Origin: a virus
Lineage: Duplodnaviria > Caudoviricetes
Virus record (IMG/VR): IMGVR_UViG_3300035182_001152
Length of the DNA: 64,000 nucleotides
Strand: one strand, 5' to 3'
The notes beneath the pieces are model-generated. The model saw nothing but the letters and a program-made list of their open reading frames with translations, did no database searches and was not told the origin of the DNA. Of this stretch, positions 1 through 8,354 are shown piece by piece; within the stretch, counting starts at the first letter, position 1; each line of letters begins with the position of its first letter. A program made the translations under genes and the position numbers.

Positions 1-299
1 CTCCACTCGCTAGCTCCAGTGGAACTACCGGCTACAGCGATAATTGATCCCTGCCCCGCTCTAACGTGGCTGATTGGAAGTACCTCACGGCCTGAACTAC
101 ACAGGCTTGTTTGATTTGTAAAGTGGGCATTACTCCCAAGCGGGTCAACTTCTGTGGACTCCATACCACGGGCTCGTTATCAGCATTGCACTGATCTGTT
201 CCCACTCCGGAGGCAGTTAGGGCATGCACTCCTGATGTTTCTAGTTATTACGCTGTGTTGTTTCAGCGGGCTACTACGTTGGCAGCCTTGCCTTACGGC
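1..299 (-). ncRNA. Candidate structured non-coding RNA (partial, probably continues left of the window)
   Basis: No convincing ORF. The minus strand carries a run of short hairpins: GCC-GUAA-GGC, CGCUG/CAGCG, AUCAG/CUGAU, GUGG/CCAC, GCCUG/CAGGC and UAGC-CCGGU/ACUGG-A-GCUA. It starts right after the stop of the 300..581 ORF. Family not identified. Confidence 0.35.
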
Positions 300-581
300 T
301 TACTCTTGCACGACACTCACTGCTGGCGGCAGTTTCAGCCAGCGGATATCCCGGTCTGGATAGATGTCCATCAACATCTTTGCTTCAAGCTCGGGGCCAA
401 TGAAGTAGAATGTTGCGTGCTTGAATGCATCGATGGCATCATGAATAATTTGCGCACCCTCACAGACGATGTGCGCATCAGGTTGAGCACCATTCAATGA
501 CACACCGCGCGTGTTAAGAACGATCTTGATTCCATCAGTCCAGCTGTAGAATGTATACGGTGTGAGTGTTTCTTGTCTCAT
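300..581 (-). CDS. Hypothetical protein (93 aa)
   Basis: Start overlaps the stop of the upstream coaD-like gene (ATGA-type coupling). Confidence 0.6.
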   Translation of the reverse strand: MRQETLTPYTFYSWTDGIKIVLNTRGVSLNGAQPDAHIVCEGAQIIHDAIDAFKHATFYFIGPELEAKMLMDIYPDRDIRWLKLPPAVSVVQE

Positions 582-1309
582 TTCTGGCCGACCTTTTCCT
601 TGAGCTTATCCAACACGTATGGGTGGACGTAATCCTTGACAATCCGCTCCCAACCTTGGAACCTCGTGAATCCCTTGACAACCGATGAACTGACTTCTGT
701 TAGCTCACGCGGAGAGATAACGAACACTGTCTCAATCTGAGGCTGGATTTTCTGATTGATCAACTGGTTCTCATACTCATATTGATAGTCAGCAGCGTTC
801 CGAATCCCACGGATCAAGTGCGTAGCCTTGACAGAGGCGGCAAAGTCCGCCAGCAGCATATCCTCAACGAACGTAATGTTGCAGTCACCAAAACCACACA
901 TTGCGATCATCACTTGCCGCTCTTGCACTGAGAACATCGGCGTCTTTGCGGAGTTGACGCCAACGACAATATGAAGCTCATCAACCAACCGTCGGGCTTG
1001 GTTCAACATAGCCATATGACCAACAGTGATTGGATCAAATGATCCGGCTACAACACCAACGAGGATTGTGTTGACGACATTCTCTAGTTGCGCCATCTTT
1101 GCTGGATCACCGTGCCCGATGTCGCTGATCTCCGACTTGATGTGCGTACCAAAGATGACGTCGAGTGTCATCTGTGTAGTTGGGTCGTTGTAGAGGTCAG
1201 CAACTGCTTGATCGAAGTCAAACAGTGTATATCCTGGAAGCAACGGCATCAACATCTTGACCGCCGTTGACTTACCAGACCCAATATTGCCTGTGACAAC
1301 GATCCTCAT
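578..1309 (-). CDS. coaD: Phosphopantetheine adenylyltransferase (CoaD) with a fused N-terminal dephospho-CoA kinase (CoaE)-like fragment
   Basis: CoaD motifs GSFDPITVGH, RGIRNAADYQYE and VSSSVVK. The first ~80 aa carry TGNIGSGKST (P-loop) and FDFD, as in CoaE N-termini. Confidence 0.85.
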   Translation of the reverse strand: MRIVVTGNIGSGKSTAVKMLMPLLPGYTLFDFDQAVADLYNDPTTQMTLDVIFGTHIKSEISDIGHGDPAKMAQLENVVNTILVGVVAGSFDPITVGHMAMLNQARRLVDELHIVVGVNSAKTPMFSVQERQVMIAMCGFGDCNITFVEDMLLADFAASVKATHLIRGIRNAADYQYEYENQLINQKIQPQIETVFVISPRELTEVSSSVVKGFTRFQGWERIVKDYVHPYVLDKLKEKVGQK

Positions 1310-1749
1310 TGCGGATCCAGCACTTCAAACATCGGACCAACAGCACGCAGCATCACGATCTTCGGCAATGTATCACCGCCGGTGCGCGTGTAGTCGCGAC
1401 CCCCGTCAATGAATCCCCCACCTCCCTTGAGGCTACGGAAATCATGGCGATATCGGCTGTGGATGATCTCACCATCCGGCCCCTCGATAGCGGCAATGTC
1501 CGACTCGAAAGCGGACGCGCCACTAGTGATGTACAGCTGTTCACCCTGGAACATCAGCGCGAAGTAGTTGCTGTATCCTTCCACGGGCGGCTTTGCCTGC
1601 CAGAATACGGCCGCAGGCGCATTGGCCCAACCGCCGCCCTTTGCGCGCAGGCAGAAATCGCCCATGAACACAGCGTTGTACTTCTCTTCAACGGCAGAAA
1701 CATTGATTCCAACGATCGTTGGAATGTGGCGGAAGGAAACGGTTTTCAT
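1306..1749 (-). CDS. Conserved phage hypothetical protein
   Basis: Coupled ORF. The SRYRHDF...IDGGRDY motif resembles a recurrent phage protein family. Confidence 0.65.
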   Translation of the reverse strand: MKTVSFRHIPTIVGINVSAVEEKYNAVFMGDFCLRAKGGGWANAPAAVFWQAKPPVEGYSNYFALMFQGEQLYITSGASAFESDIAAIEGPDGEIIHSRYRHDFRSLKGGGGFIDGGRDYTRTGGDTLPKIVMLRAVGPMFEVLDPQ

Positions 1750-1751
1750 GC

Positions 1752-2276
1752 TCAGTCCTTGATTTGATATGTACTATTGAAGAAGCTTCGGCGAACGATC
1801 CAGACGTCGCTACGATCGGTCTTGCTACGGCAGACGAAGTCTCCAACGACACCCCGTTGGACGTTTTTCGTTCCGTCTTCAGCAGTCTCACCCCACAACC
1901 CAATTACTTCAAAATTCTTTTGGGTTGGAGAGAAATCAGGAACCTCAAAACAGTCAACCTCGTTGTCCGGTTTTGGCTCACAAATTAGCCAGCCGTCTGG
2001 TCGCATTCCCGTGATGAAGTACTTTGCAAACAACTTTGCAGGTGTTTGTTGCCACACATCCCCAGCCTCACCAACACAAATCACGTTGGTGGCAGTGATA
2101 GGCTCACGACCTTCCAACGTGTTGACGAGCATCTTTTCAAGGAATAGGGAATCGGACAGCCCGGCGCTGACGTGCTTAGCCACAATCGGCTTCGTCTTCG
2201 TAGCCGTCTTCCATTCGCTAACTAGTGTTGGGTCAAAGCGCACTGTGTTCTCCAAATTGATGGAGAACCGTAACAC
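1752..2276 (-). CDS. Hypothetical protein (possibly PGDYG-like)
   Basis: 174-aa ORF in an operon-like array; GDFVC...W motif. Confidence 0.6.
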   Translation of the reverse strand: MLRFSINLENTVRFDPTLVSEWKTATKTKPIVAKHVSAGLSDSLFLEKMLVNTLEGREPITATNVICVGEAGDVWQQTPAKLFAKYFITGMRPDGWLICEPKPDNEVDCFEVPDFSPTQKNFEVIGLWGETAEDGTKNVQRGVVGDFVCRSKTDRSDVWIVRRSFFNSTYQIKD

Positions 2277-2292
2277 TAGATTTTAAGGGAAA

Positions 2293-2859
2293 TCAACCGT
2301 TCAATGCTTTTGTGTAAGCGGTCGCCAGTTTTGTATCGTACTGGTTTTGAGCGTATTGAGGACCATTATACAGGCGCGCGAAATCAGCCCACCGCTTATC
2401 GCGCAACTCGTCAGCCAATCCCGAATGTACGATGTACTGTGTGAACGCAGCTAGTTGTGCACCCTCACTCTTACTCATCGCTGCAACATAGTCTTCAACG
2501 CTAGCAAAACCACACTTGGCGTAGTTGAAGCCCATAATTTGGAACATCCCCCACGATGCGCATTGGAGTGCAACGTGCGGATCGAGCGATTTCGCTTTTG
2601 CTAGGCGAGCCTGTTCCTCTTGCCACGTCTTACCGTAGATTTGTCGCGTCCACGTAGGATAGCTGATCGTGGGATACAGGGTGTCATATTTGCCGCCTGT
2701 CAGCTTGTGGAACCACTGACCTTCAAACAAAGTACGTGGAGAACCATCAGGATTGAAACCCCCACCATTAGTTTCCACAGTGGCGACGGCATGAACCGCA
2801 GCGGGTTCACAGCCAATAACTGCAGCGCATGATTCAAAGTCTTGTTGTGTTAGAGACAT
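2293..2859 (-). CDS. N-acetylmuramidase family endolysin (DUF3380-like)
   Basis: VETNGGGF, LFEGQWF, SWGMFQIMGFNY, WADFARLYNGP and YDTKL motifs. RBS GAAGGA precedes ATG at 2859. Confidence 0.9.
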   Translation of the reverse strand: MSLTQQDFESCAAVIGCEPAAVHAVATVETNGGGFNPDGSPRTLFEGQWFHKLTGGKYDTLYPTISYPTWTRQIYGKTWQEEQARLAKAKSLDPHVALQCASWGMFQIMGFNYAKCGFASVEDYVAAMSKSEGAQLAAFTQYIVHSGLADELRDKRWADFARLYNGPQYAQNQYDTKLATAYTKALNG

Positions 2860-3004
2860 ATCGGTATTCCTTCTACGGGCAAAAAGCACCTACAAGTACT
2901 TACACAAAAGTACCCCAAAGACGGCCTAAATTTCAGTTGGAAAACCCTTGTTAGGTACTCTACAATTACAATTCACCCACAAGAGTTGGGTTCGAGGAAG
3001 TGAC

Positions 3005-3199
3005 ATGACCGTAAAAGACACACGCGAGTTTGGTAAGTTCCTGAAGGTGATCGGTTTGATCCTGTTCTGGGGCTTGGGTGTGATACCCCTAGGCTTGTTC
3101 ATCTTCGAAGATGTGTTGGTGTTTCACCCATATGCAGCTTTGATTAGCGTGATTTCTGGATCATACATATATGTCCGCTCTCGAAAATACTCACGCTAA
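3005..3199 (+). CDS. Small two-TM membrane protein
   Basis: GAGG RBS, two hydrophobic stretches and a basic C-terminus. Confidence 0.6.
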   Translation: MTVKDTREFGKFLKVIGLILFWGLGVIPLGLFIFEDVLVFHPYAALISVISGSYIYVRSRKYSR

Positions 3200-3208
3200 G
3201 GAGACCAC

Positions 3209-4156
3209 ATGATTGGTGAAATGAAGCTGTTCGCAGGGACTGCGAACCTTACCCTCGCCAAGGCAATCTCAGCCAAACTCGGCATCCCTCTGCAACAAAC
3301 AGAGGTTCAACGGTTTAGCGATGGAGAGATCCGCGTTGAATTGATGGAAAACGTTCGTGGATGCAAGGCATTCATTATCCAACCAACGTGCGCGCCCGCT
3401 AACGACAATCTAATGGAGCTGTTGCTGATGGCAGACGCTCTCCGTCGATCGTCTGTTGAAGAGATCATCGCTGTGATCCCGTACTTTGGTTACGCACGGC
3501 AGGATCGCCGTCCGGGATACACACGTGTACCAATTTCAGCAAGCGTCGTTGCTCACATGATCGAAGCTGCAGGGATTGATCACGTTATCACCGTCGACCT
3601 ACATGCAACTCAAATCCAAGGATTCTTCCAGGTGCCCGTTGACAACATTACCGCCGTAAACCTGTTTGTGTCTGACGTATACCACAAGTGGATGGACGAA
3701 AATCCAATCATTGTGTCACCGGACGTTGGAGGGGTTGCCCGAGCGCGCTCCGTTGCGAAAAACCTGAAGGACATGGATCTGGCAATCGTTGACAAGCGGC
3801 GGCCAAAAGCGAACGTTTCAGAAGTGATGAATATTATCGGGGATGTTTCTGATCGCACATGCATCATGATTGACGACATGGTTGACACAGCCGGCACGCT
3901 TGCCAAAGCCGCAAATGCGCTGATTGAAGTTGGCGGAGCTCGGCGTGTAATTGCGTACGCATCACACGGCGTCTTGTCGGGAAAAGCGCTCGACAACATT
4001 GAAGGCTCAAAACTGCATCAGTTGGTAATTACCGACACGATCCCCTTGAAGTATACCAGCGACAAGGTTCGCCAGATTTCAATGGCAACTCTGCTAGCAG
4101 AAACAATCACACGCGTTGCGAGTGGTGCATCTTTGCGCCAAATGCTCGATGAGTAA
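3209..4156 (+). CDS. prs: Ribose-phosphate pyrophosphokinase
   Basis: FSDGE, YFGYARQDRR, DLHATQIQGFF, SPDVGG, DKRR and IDDMVDTAGT motifs of class I PRPP synthetase. Confidence 0.97.
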   Translation: MIGEMKLFAGTANLTLAKAISAKLGIPLQQTEVQRFSDGEIRVELMENVRGCKAFIIQPTCAPANDNLMELLLMADALRRSSVEEIIAVIPYFGYARQDRRPGYTRVPISASVVAHMIEAAGIDHVITVDLHATQIQGFFQVPVDNITAVNLFVSDVYHKWMDENPIIVSPDVGGVARARSVAKNLKDMDLAIVDKRRPKANVSEVMNIIGDVSDRTCIMIDDMVDTAGTLAKAANALIEVGGARRVIAYASHGVLSGKALDNIEGSKLHQLVITDTIPLKYTSDKVRQISMATLLAETITRVASGASLRQMLDE

Positions 4157-4481
4157 CCTCAGCACTCTGAGACCGTTATCGGTCAACAATATGTCTAAGG
4201 AAGAAGCTGCAGCCTTCATATTTAAGGCGCTTGGCCGCACTCTTGACCAAGACGAAGGCAACCTGATCCTTGAGTATATTGAGAGCCATTGTCTTGTGTC
4301 GTACGCTGAAGCTACTGGTCTACAAGGGTATAACTCAGAGTACGTCATTGAAGGTAGGTTCTACAGCGTTTGTGGAGCTTATGCCTTGGATGAGGTTGAA
4401 GTTATCGAACGTGCAGAAACGGCGTACCCCAACGAATACGCTGCGTATATCAGTCGAACACAACTGTCGTTGCCATTTTAA
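4149..4481 (+). CDS. Hypothetical protein
   Basis: ORF overlapping the prs stop; start uncertain (4149 or 4191). Confidence 0.6.
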   Translation: MSNLSTLRPLSVNNMSKEEAAAFIFKALGRTLDQDEGNLILEYIESHCLVSYAEATGLQGYNSEYVIEGRFYSVCGAYALDEVEVIERAETAYPNEYAAYISRTQLSLPF

Positions 4482-4490
4482 GGACTCACT

Positions 4491-4904
4491 ATGCATGAAA
4501 AGACTGCATCGATCTTCAGCCTGATCGATATGTACACCCACTCCCGGAATAAACTTGCGTCTGACTTTGAAGAGTACGTTGCCAACAAGAGCATCCCGCT
4601 AATCGAGCGGTGGGAGATGTTCTGTAAGGCTCCTGATGAGCTGAAGAACAGCGACAGCTCAATCGTCACATTTCAGTGTGAGGAGAAGTTTCACGAAATC
4701 GACTACACTGGCAGCGATAGTCCTTTCAGTATGCTTGCGACTCGCAATGAGGAAATCGCTACGGAGCGGTTGGTTGACCTGCTGATTGGCAATGAAGATG
4801 AAATCGATGCCGCTGGGTATGGTTGGACTGCGAAGCAATTCGCACAAGCCCTAATGGAAGATATTCTTCAATCAAATCTAGGATCATTCACGTTCGATTG
4901 GTAA
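4491..4904 (+). CDS. Hypothetical acidic protein
   Basis: AAGGA RBS; 137 aa. Confidence 0.7.
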   Translation: MHEKTASIFSLIDMYTHSRNKLASDFEEYVANKSIPLIERWEMFCKAPDELKNSDSSIVTFQCEEKFHEIDYTGSDSPFSMLATRNEEIATERLVDLLIGNEDEIDAAGYGWTAKQFAQALMEDILQSNLGSFTFDW

Positions 4905-4915
4905 ATGGGTAACCG

Positions 4916-4943
4916 TTGACAACGGATCCGTTTCATATATAGT
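4916..4943 (+). promoter_or_regulatory. Sigma70-like early promoter
   Basis: TTGACA (4916) - 16 nt - TATAGT (4938). Confidence 0.6.
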
Positions 4944-5084
4944 CAATGCACGGTCCGTAAACCGTGTATCTTATTGTCAACCAAGGAAAGATCATGAAGC
5001 TGTAGAACTGCCGAATCACTGGCCCACCGTTAATCTCTCGTCAAATCGTGTACGCACATCAAACTTTTGACTTTGGAGATTAAC

Positions 5085-5396
5085 ATGAATACTTCTCTCA
5101 ATCTGACTCGCGAACAATTCGCAACCTTCCGTACCGCTTATCGTCAACTGGCACACCGCAATTGCCTGACGCCTGCGGACATTCTGATCTACAACCTGCT
5201 GCGTGGATTTCCAGCAGACCGTGGATTCTCTCCAACAACTAACAGCACAAAACTGAGCAACGGCCAAGCACCGTGGCTTGGATTTGATAGCGCCAAGCTG
5301 GCGCTGCGCACCTCGATCCGGTATGGAACGTTGGCTGCGCGATACGGCAGCGCTCTTGGGAAAGAGCAAGCTGACGCATTGCTCTCAATGCTGTGA
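5085..5396 (+). CDS. Hypothetical protein
   Basis: GGAG RBS; the YNLLRG...RGF.P motif resembles small phage proteins. Confidence 0.7.
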   Translation: MNTSLNLTREQFATFRTAYRQLAHRNCLTPADILIYNLLRGFPADRGFSPTTNSTKLSNGQAPWLGFDSAKLALRTSIRYGTLAARYGSALGKEQADALLSML

Positions 5397-5406
5397 GGAG
5401 AGAAAA

Positions 5407-5712
5407 ATGGACAACACCCCATACACTTATCTGTTCATTCGTCTGGACCTCGAACCAGCCCGACAGATCGTGCAAGCAGCGCATGCAGCACTGGAAGCTG
5501 GCCATGCTTTCGGTGAGCACTCTCACCTCGTCCTAATCGGTGCAAATAGTGAGCAGCAATTGCTGAACATTGCTGAACATCTGACAACCCATCAAATTGA
5601 GTTCCAAATGTTTCACGAGCCCGACTACAACACTGGTCATACCGCTATTTGCACGCGACCTTTGACGGGCGATGAGCGCAAGCCCTTGCGCAAATTCTCT
5701 CTAATGAAATAA
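5407..5712 (+). CDS. Peptidyl-tRNA hydrolase type II (PTH2)-like protein
   Basis: GAGGAG RBS. Q..HA motif (QIVQAAHAA), hydrophobic strand then SEQQL, and EPD..TGHTAIC..PL follow the PTH2 layout. Confidence 0.7.
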   Translation: MDNTPYTYLFIRLDLEPARQIVQAAHAALEAGHAFGEHSHLVLIGANSEQQLLNIAEHLTTHQIEFQMFHEPDYNTGHTAICTRPLTGDERKPLRKFSLMK

Positions 5713-5825
5713 CCCCTTTTCACCTATTTTGTTGTGAAATAGGCCAGCCTCACGTATCGTGCGTATAGCTTTCCACTAAATACGCACGATACCAAAGGAA
5801 AGACGCCACGAAAGGAAAAACCAAC

Positions 5826-6413
5826 ATGGCAAGAGAACATCCACTGATTCTGCAACTGGACATGGGCGGTAACCCATGCCGCTGGATGACATACGAAGAT
5901 GCAGCATACTACAAGGCCAAGGATCTGATTGCTTGGACTGTTGGTGCTGACGAGTTCACCATTTATGGCGGCACAAGCCGTGAAACTGGTGAGCAATCCT
6001 CTATGGATCTGAACACGATCATCGCCGTCAAGGGCGAAATGGGCGACAAGGGAATCTTCCGCGTACCTACGCTGACGAACCGTGCGCTGTTCCGTCGTGA
6101 CCAGAACATCTGTGCATATTGTGGTGGTGAATTCAGCCATGACCACATGACGCGTGATCACATCACGCCGTCATCTCGTGGTGGCAAAGACGTTTGGCAA
6201 AACGTTGTCTCTTCTTGCGGCAGCTGCAACAAGTTTAAGGACGACAGGACGCCGGATGAAGCTGGTATGAAGCTGCTGTACGTCCCGTACGCACCGAACC
6301 GGGCTGAATACCTGATTCTGATGAACCGTGCGATCTTGGCTGATCAAATGGAATTCCTGAAGTCGCGTGTCACACGCGATAGTCGGATCTTGAACCCAAT
6401 CAAGATCCACTAG
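5826..6413 (+). CDS. HNH endonuclease (McrA-like)
   Basis: RDQNICAYCG, TRDHITPSSRGG, W.NVVSSC..CN..K. Confidence 0.9.
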   Translation: MAREHPLILQLDMGGNPCRWMTYEDAAYYKAKDLIAWTVGADEFTIYGGTSRETGEQSSMDLNTIIAVKGEMGDKGIFRVPTLTNRALFRRDQNICAYCGGEFSHDHMTRDHITPSSRGGKDVWQNVVSSCGSCNKFKDDRTPDEAGMKLLYVPYAPNRAEYLILMNRAILADQMEFLKSRVTRDSRILNPIKIH

Positions 6414-6429
6414 GCAACCCCCACAGTGG

Positions 6430-6437
6430 CATAAATA
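6430..6437 (+). promoter_or_regulatory. T4-like late promoter motif (representative copy)
   Basis: CATAAATA. The same nTAAATA motif lies upstream of genes at 5776, 10323, 14153, 15498, 18793, 21883, 23465, 26553, 38738, 39350, 42083, 42781, 44946, 54281 and 54650 (+), and at 15455, 21904, 26527, 36257, 38250, 56377 and 59391 (-). Confidence 0.75.
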
Positions 6438-6472
6438 GGAGGCGAGAACCTCCTATTTTTGATTGGACAGCC

Positions 6473-6907
6473 ATGAAATTGCAACACTTGCTCGAAATGA
6501 ACCCACGAGATATTCCAGGCCCAGGTGATTACCACCCCGGTGACGAATACCTACCAGGCAGCCCCGACTATGATCCGTCGGCAGGCCGCCGCCGCACTCG
6601 CAGCGGCGGCTATTCACAAGCTGAGCGTGACGCAGACTGGGATGCCGATCAACGAGCCCAGGAGAACCGCCGCCTCCAGCGCGAACAACAGCACAAGGCA
6701 AAGATTGCAGACGTAAAGTACGACGAAGAGTATCGCCACGGTCGTCAGTACGCCCCCGTCACAATCTACACGGGTGTCGCTGCAGATGAAGCCACTGCTC
6801 AACGAGAAGAGTCGCGCATCCGCTACGTTGCGTACCACTTTTACAAAGCAGACATCAAACCGCGTGACGATGGCCGGTTTGACTTCCGTTTTGAATACAT
6901 GATGTAA
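6473..6907 (+). CDS. Hypothetical protein, MKLxHLLE paralog 1 (possible internal virion protein)
   Basis: Follows a late motif; shares its N-terminal motifs with the next gene. Confidence 0.75.
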   Translation: MKLQHLLEMNPRDIPGPGDYHPGDEYLPGSPDYDPSAGRRRTRSGGYSQAERDADWDADQRAQENRRLQREQQHKAKIADVKYDEEYRHGRQYAPVTIYTGVAADEATAQREESRIRYVAYHFYKADIKPRDDGRFDFRFEYMM

Positions 6908-6915
6908 GGGCATAT

Positions 6916-7275
6916 ATGAAGCTGCCCCACCTATTAGAGGCATATATGCCTGACCCGAGCGATTATCGCTCGGGCGATGAACTAAATCCTCGCAGCCCGT
7001 ATTACGACGGCGATGATGACGAAGATGGCACGATTGACAGCGACGAAACGCACGAAGAACAGACTGATGACGGTCCAATGTCAGTTCGCGTGATCACCGG
7101 CTCTGAAAGCGCTGTAAACGCAATCTACCAAGATATGGCGAAGGACAAAACAATCGACATCTACGATAACCCCGTCGAACGTTCCAAGTACGCTGGACAG
7201 GCTAAGTCCCCAGACTGGGATCCGAGTGATGAGTACATCACAATGACGATTTACTACGGTCCAAAAGGATCGTAA
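6916..7275 (+). CDS. Hypothetical acidic protein, MKLxHLLE paralog 2
   Basis: MKLPHLLE...DYRSGDELNPRSPYYD matches the previous gene. Confidence 0.75.
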   Translation: MKLPHLLEAYMPDPSDYRSGDELNPRSPYYDGDDDEDGTIDSDETHEEQTDDGPMSVRVITGSESAVNAIYQDMAKDKTIDIYDNPVERSKYAGQAKSPDWDPSDEYITMTIYYGPKGS

Positions 7276-7282
7276 CGCACGA

Positions 7283-7310
7283 AGAAAAGGTCGCCTAGGC
7301 GACCTTTTCT
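7283..7310 (+). terminator. Intrinsic terminator
   Basis: GAAAAGGTCGC-CTAG-GCGACCTTTTC perfect stem. Confidence 0.8.
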
Positions 7311-7373
7311 GTTGCCGGGTTACAGTTATTGTTGTATGGTGATTAGACAACTACAACAATAAGGATACTACCA

Positions 7374-7985
7374 ATGGACTTCGCAACATACATCAAGAAG
7401 GCAACCGCCACTGAAAGCGTGATTGACTCTGTTAGCGTTGATTACGACCAATTCCTACACGTACTCAACGCAACAATTGGCGCCGGCAACTTGCTTGACG
7501 TAGCCAAGAAGGATATCTTCTACGGCCTGCCGAAGAACGAGGCGAAACTGACAGCTCGCCAACAGCGTCTCGATGACAATTCGAACCTAGCGTTCCGCGC
7601 TGCTAGTGCTGCTCGAAACAATATCCACTACGCTGGCAATCGTCACGGTACCGATCCGATTAACCTGTCAAAGATCAATCCGCGTGTCGCCCACGCTGTA
7701 ATTGGTCTCGCAACCGAGTCAATTGAACTGCTGGAAGCTCTCAAGCTCGCAATTGAATCAGATCAACCAATCGACGAAGTCAACGTGCTGGAAGAATTGG
7801 GCGACCTTGCCTGGTATCTAGCAATCGCAGTCGATTCTCTGAATGGCAACTGGGACACAATCCTAGAAGCAAACATCGCAAAACTGGCGAAGCGCAATCA
7901 AGGCAACACCTTCAACGCTGACGCAACGATCAACCGCGACGTTGTAGCGGAACGACAACTGCTCGAAACCCACCTGAGCACGTAA
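7374..7985 (+). CDS. MazG-like nucleotide pyrophosphohydrolase
   Basis: GLATESIELLE...EELGDLAWY...NIAKLAKR. Confidence 0.85.
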   Translation: MDFATYIKKATATESVIDSVSVDYDQFLHVLNATIGAGNLLDVAKKDIFYGLPKNEAKLTARQQRLDDNSNLAFRAASAARNNIHYAGNRHGTDPINLSKINPRVAHAVIGLATESIELLEALKLAIESDQPIDEVNVLEELGDLAWYLAIAVDSLNGNWDTILEANIAKLAKRNQGNTFNADATINRDVVAERQLLETHLST

Positions 7986-7995
7986 AGGAGAAGTA

Positions 7996-8289
7996 ATGGC
8001 TAATGGACAACTAATCACAGGCAAGAAAGCTCAATCATTGGTGAGCAAGGGTGCGGTGTTGGTTGATGTACGCGATCCCGTCGCATTCCGTGACGGGACA
8101 CTACCAAATGCCGTCAATATGTCGCTGAGACAGCTGTCTCAGCTTCAAAAATACCCAAAGACGACTGCTGTGGTGGTCTTTGGTGACAAGAACGATCCTG
8201 CAACCCTAAACTCGGCTCTGAATTATTTGACCTTGTATGGGTTCACGAATACGTTTTCCCTCGGAACAACTGATCAATGGTATAAGTAG
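7996..8289 (+). CDS. Rhodanese-like domain protein lacking the catalytic Cys
   Basis: LVDVRDP..F..GTLPNAVN motif; the expected Cys position reads VVVFG. Confidence 0.75.
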   Translation: MANGQLITGKKAQSLVSKGAVLVDVRDPVAFRDGTLPNAVNMSLRQLSQLQKYPKTTAVVVFGDKNDPATLNSALNYLTLYGFTNTFSLGTTDQWYK

Positions 8290-8354
8290 TTGAAGGGTAA
8301 CCGACCTCTGCGTACGATTGAATCGTCCCTTTTACCATTTTCAGGAGATCACAC

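Noticed and set aside
1-299. Hammerhead ribozyme, RNase P RNA or tRNA
   Set aside because: No CUGANGA/GAAA core, no RNase P conserved regions and no T-loop/CCA were found.
3209-4156. NAD-reconstitution (Adps-type) anti-defence enzyme
   Set aside because: The sequence looks like canonical bacterial Prs throughout, and no Nampt/Namat partner lies in the window. A phylogeny would be needed to exclude it fully.
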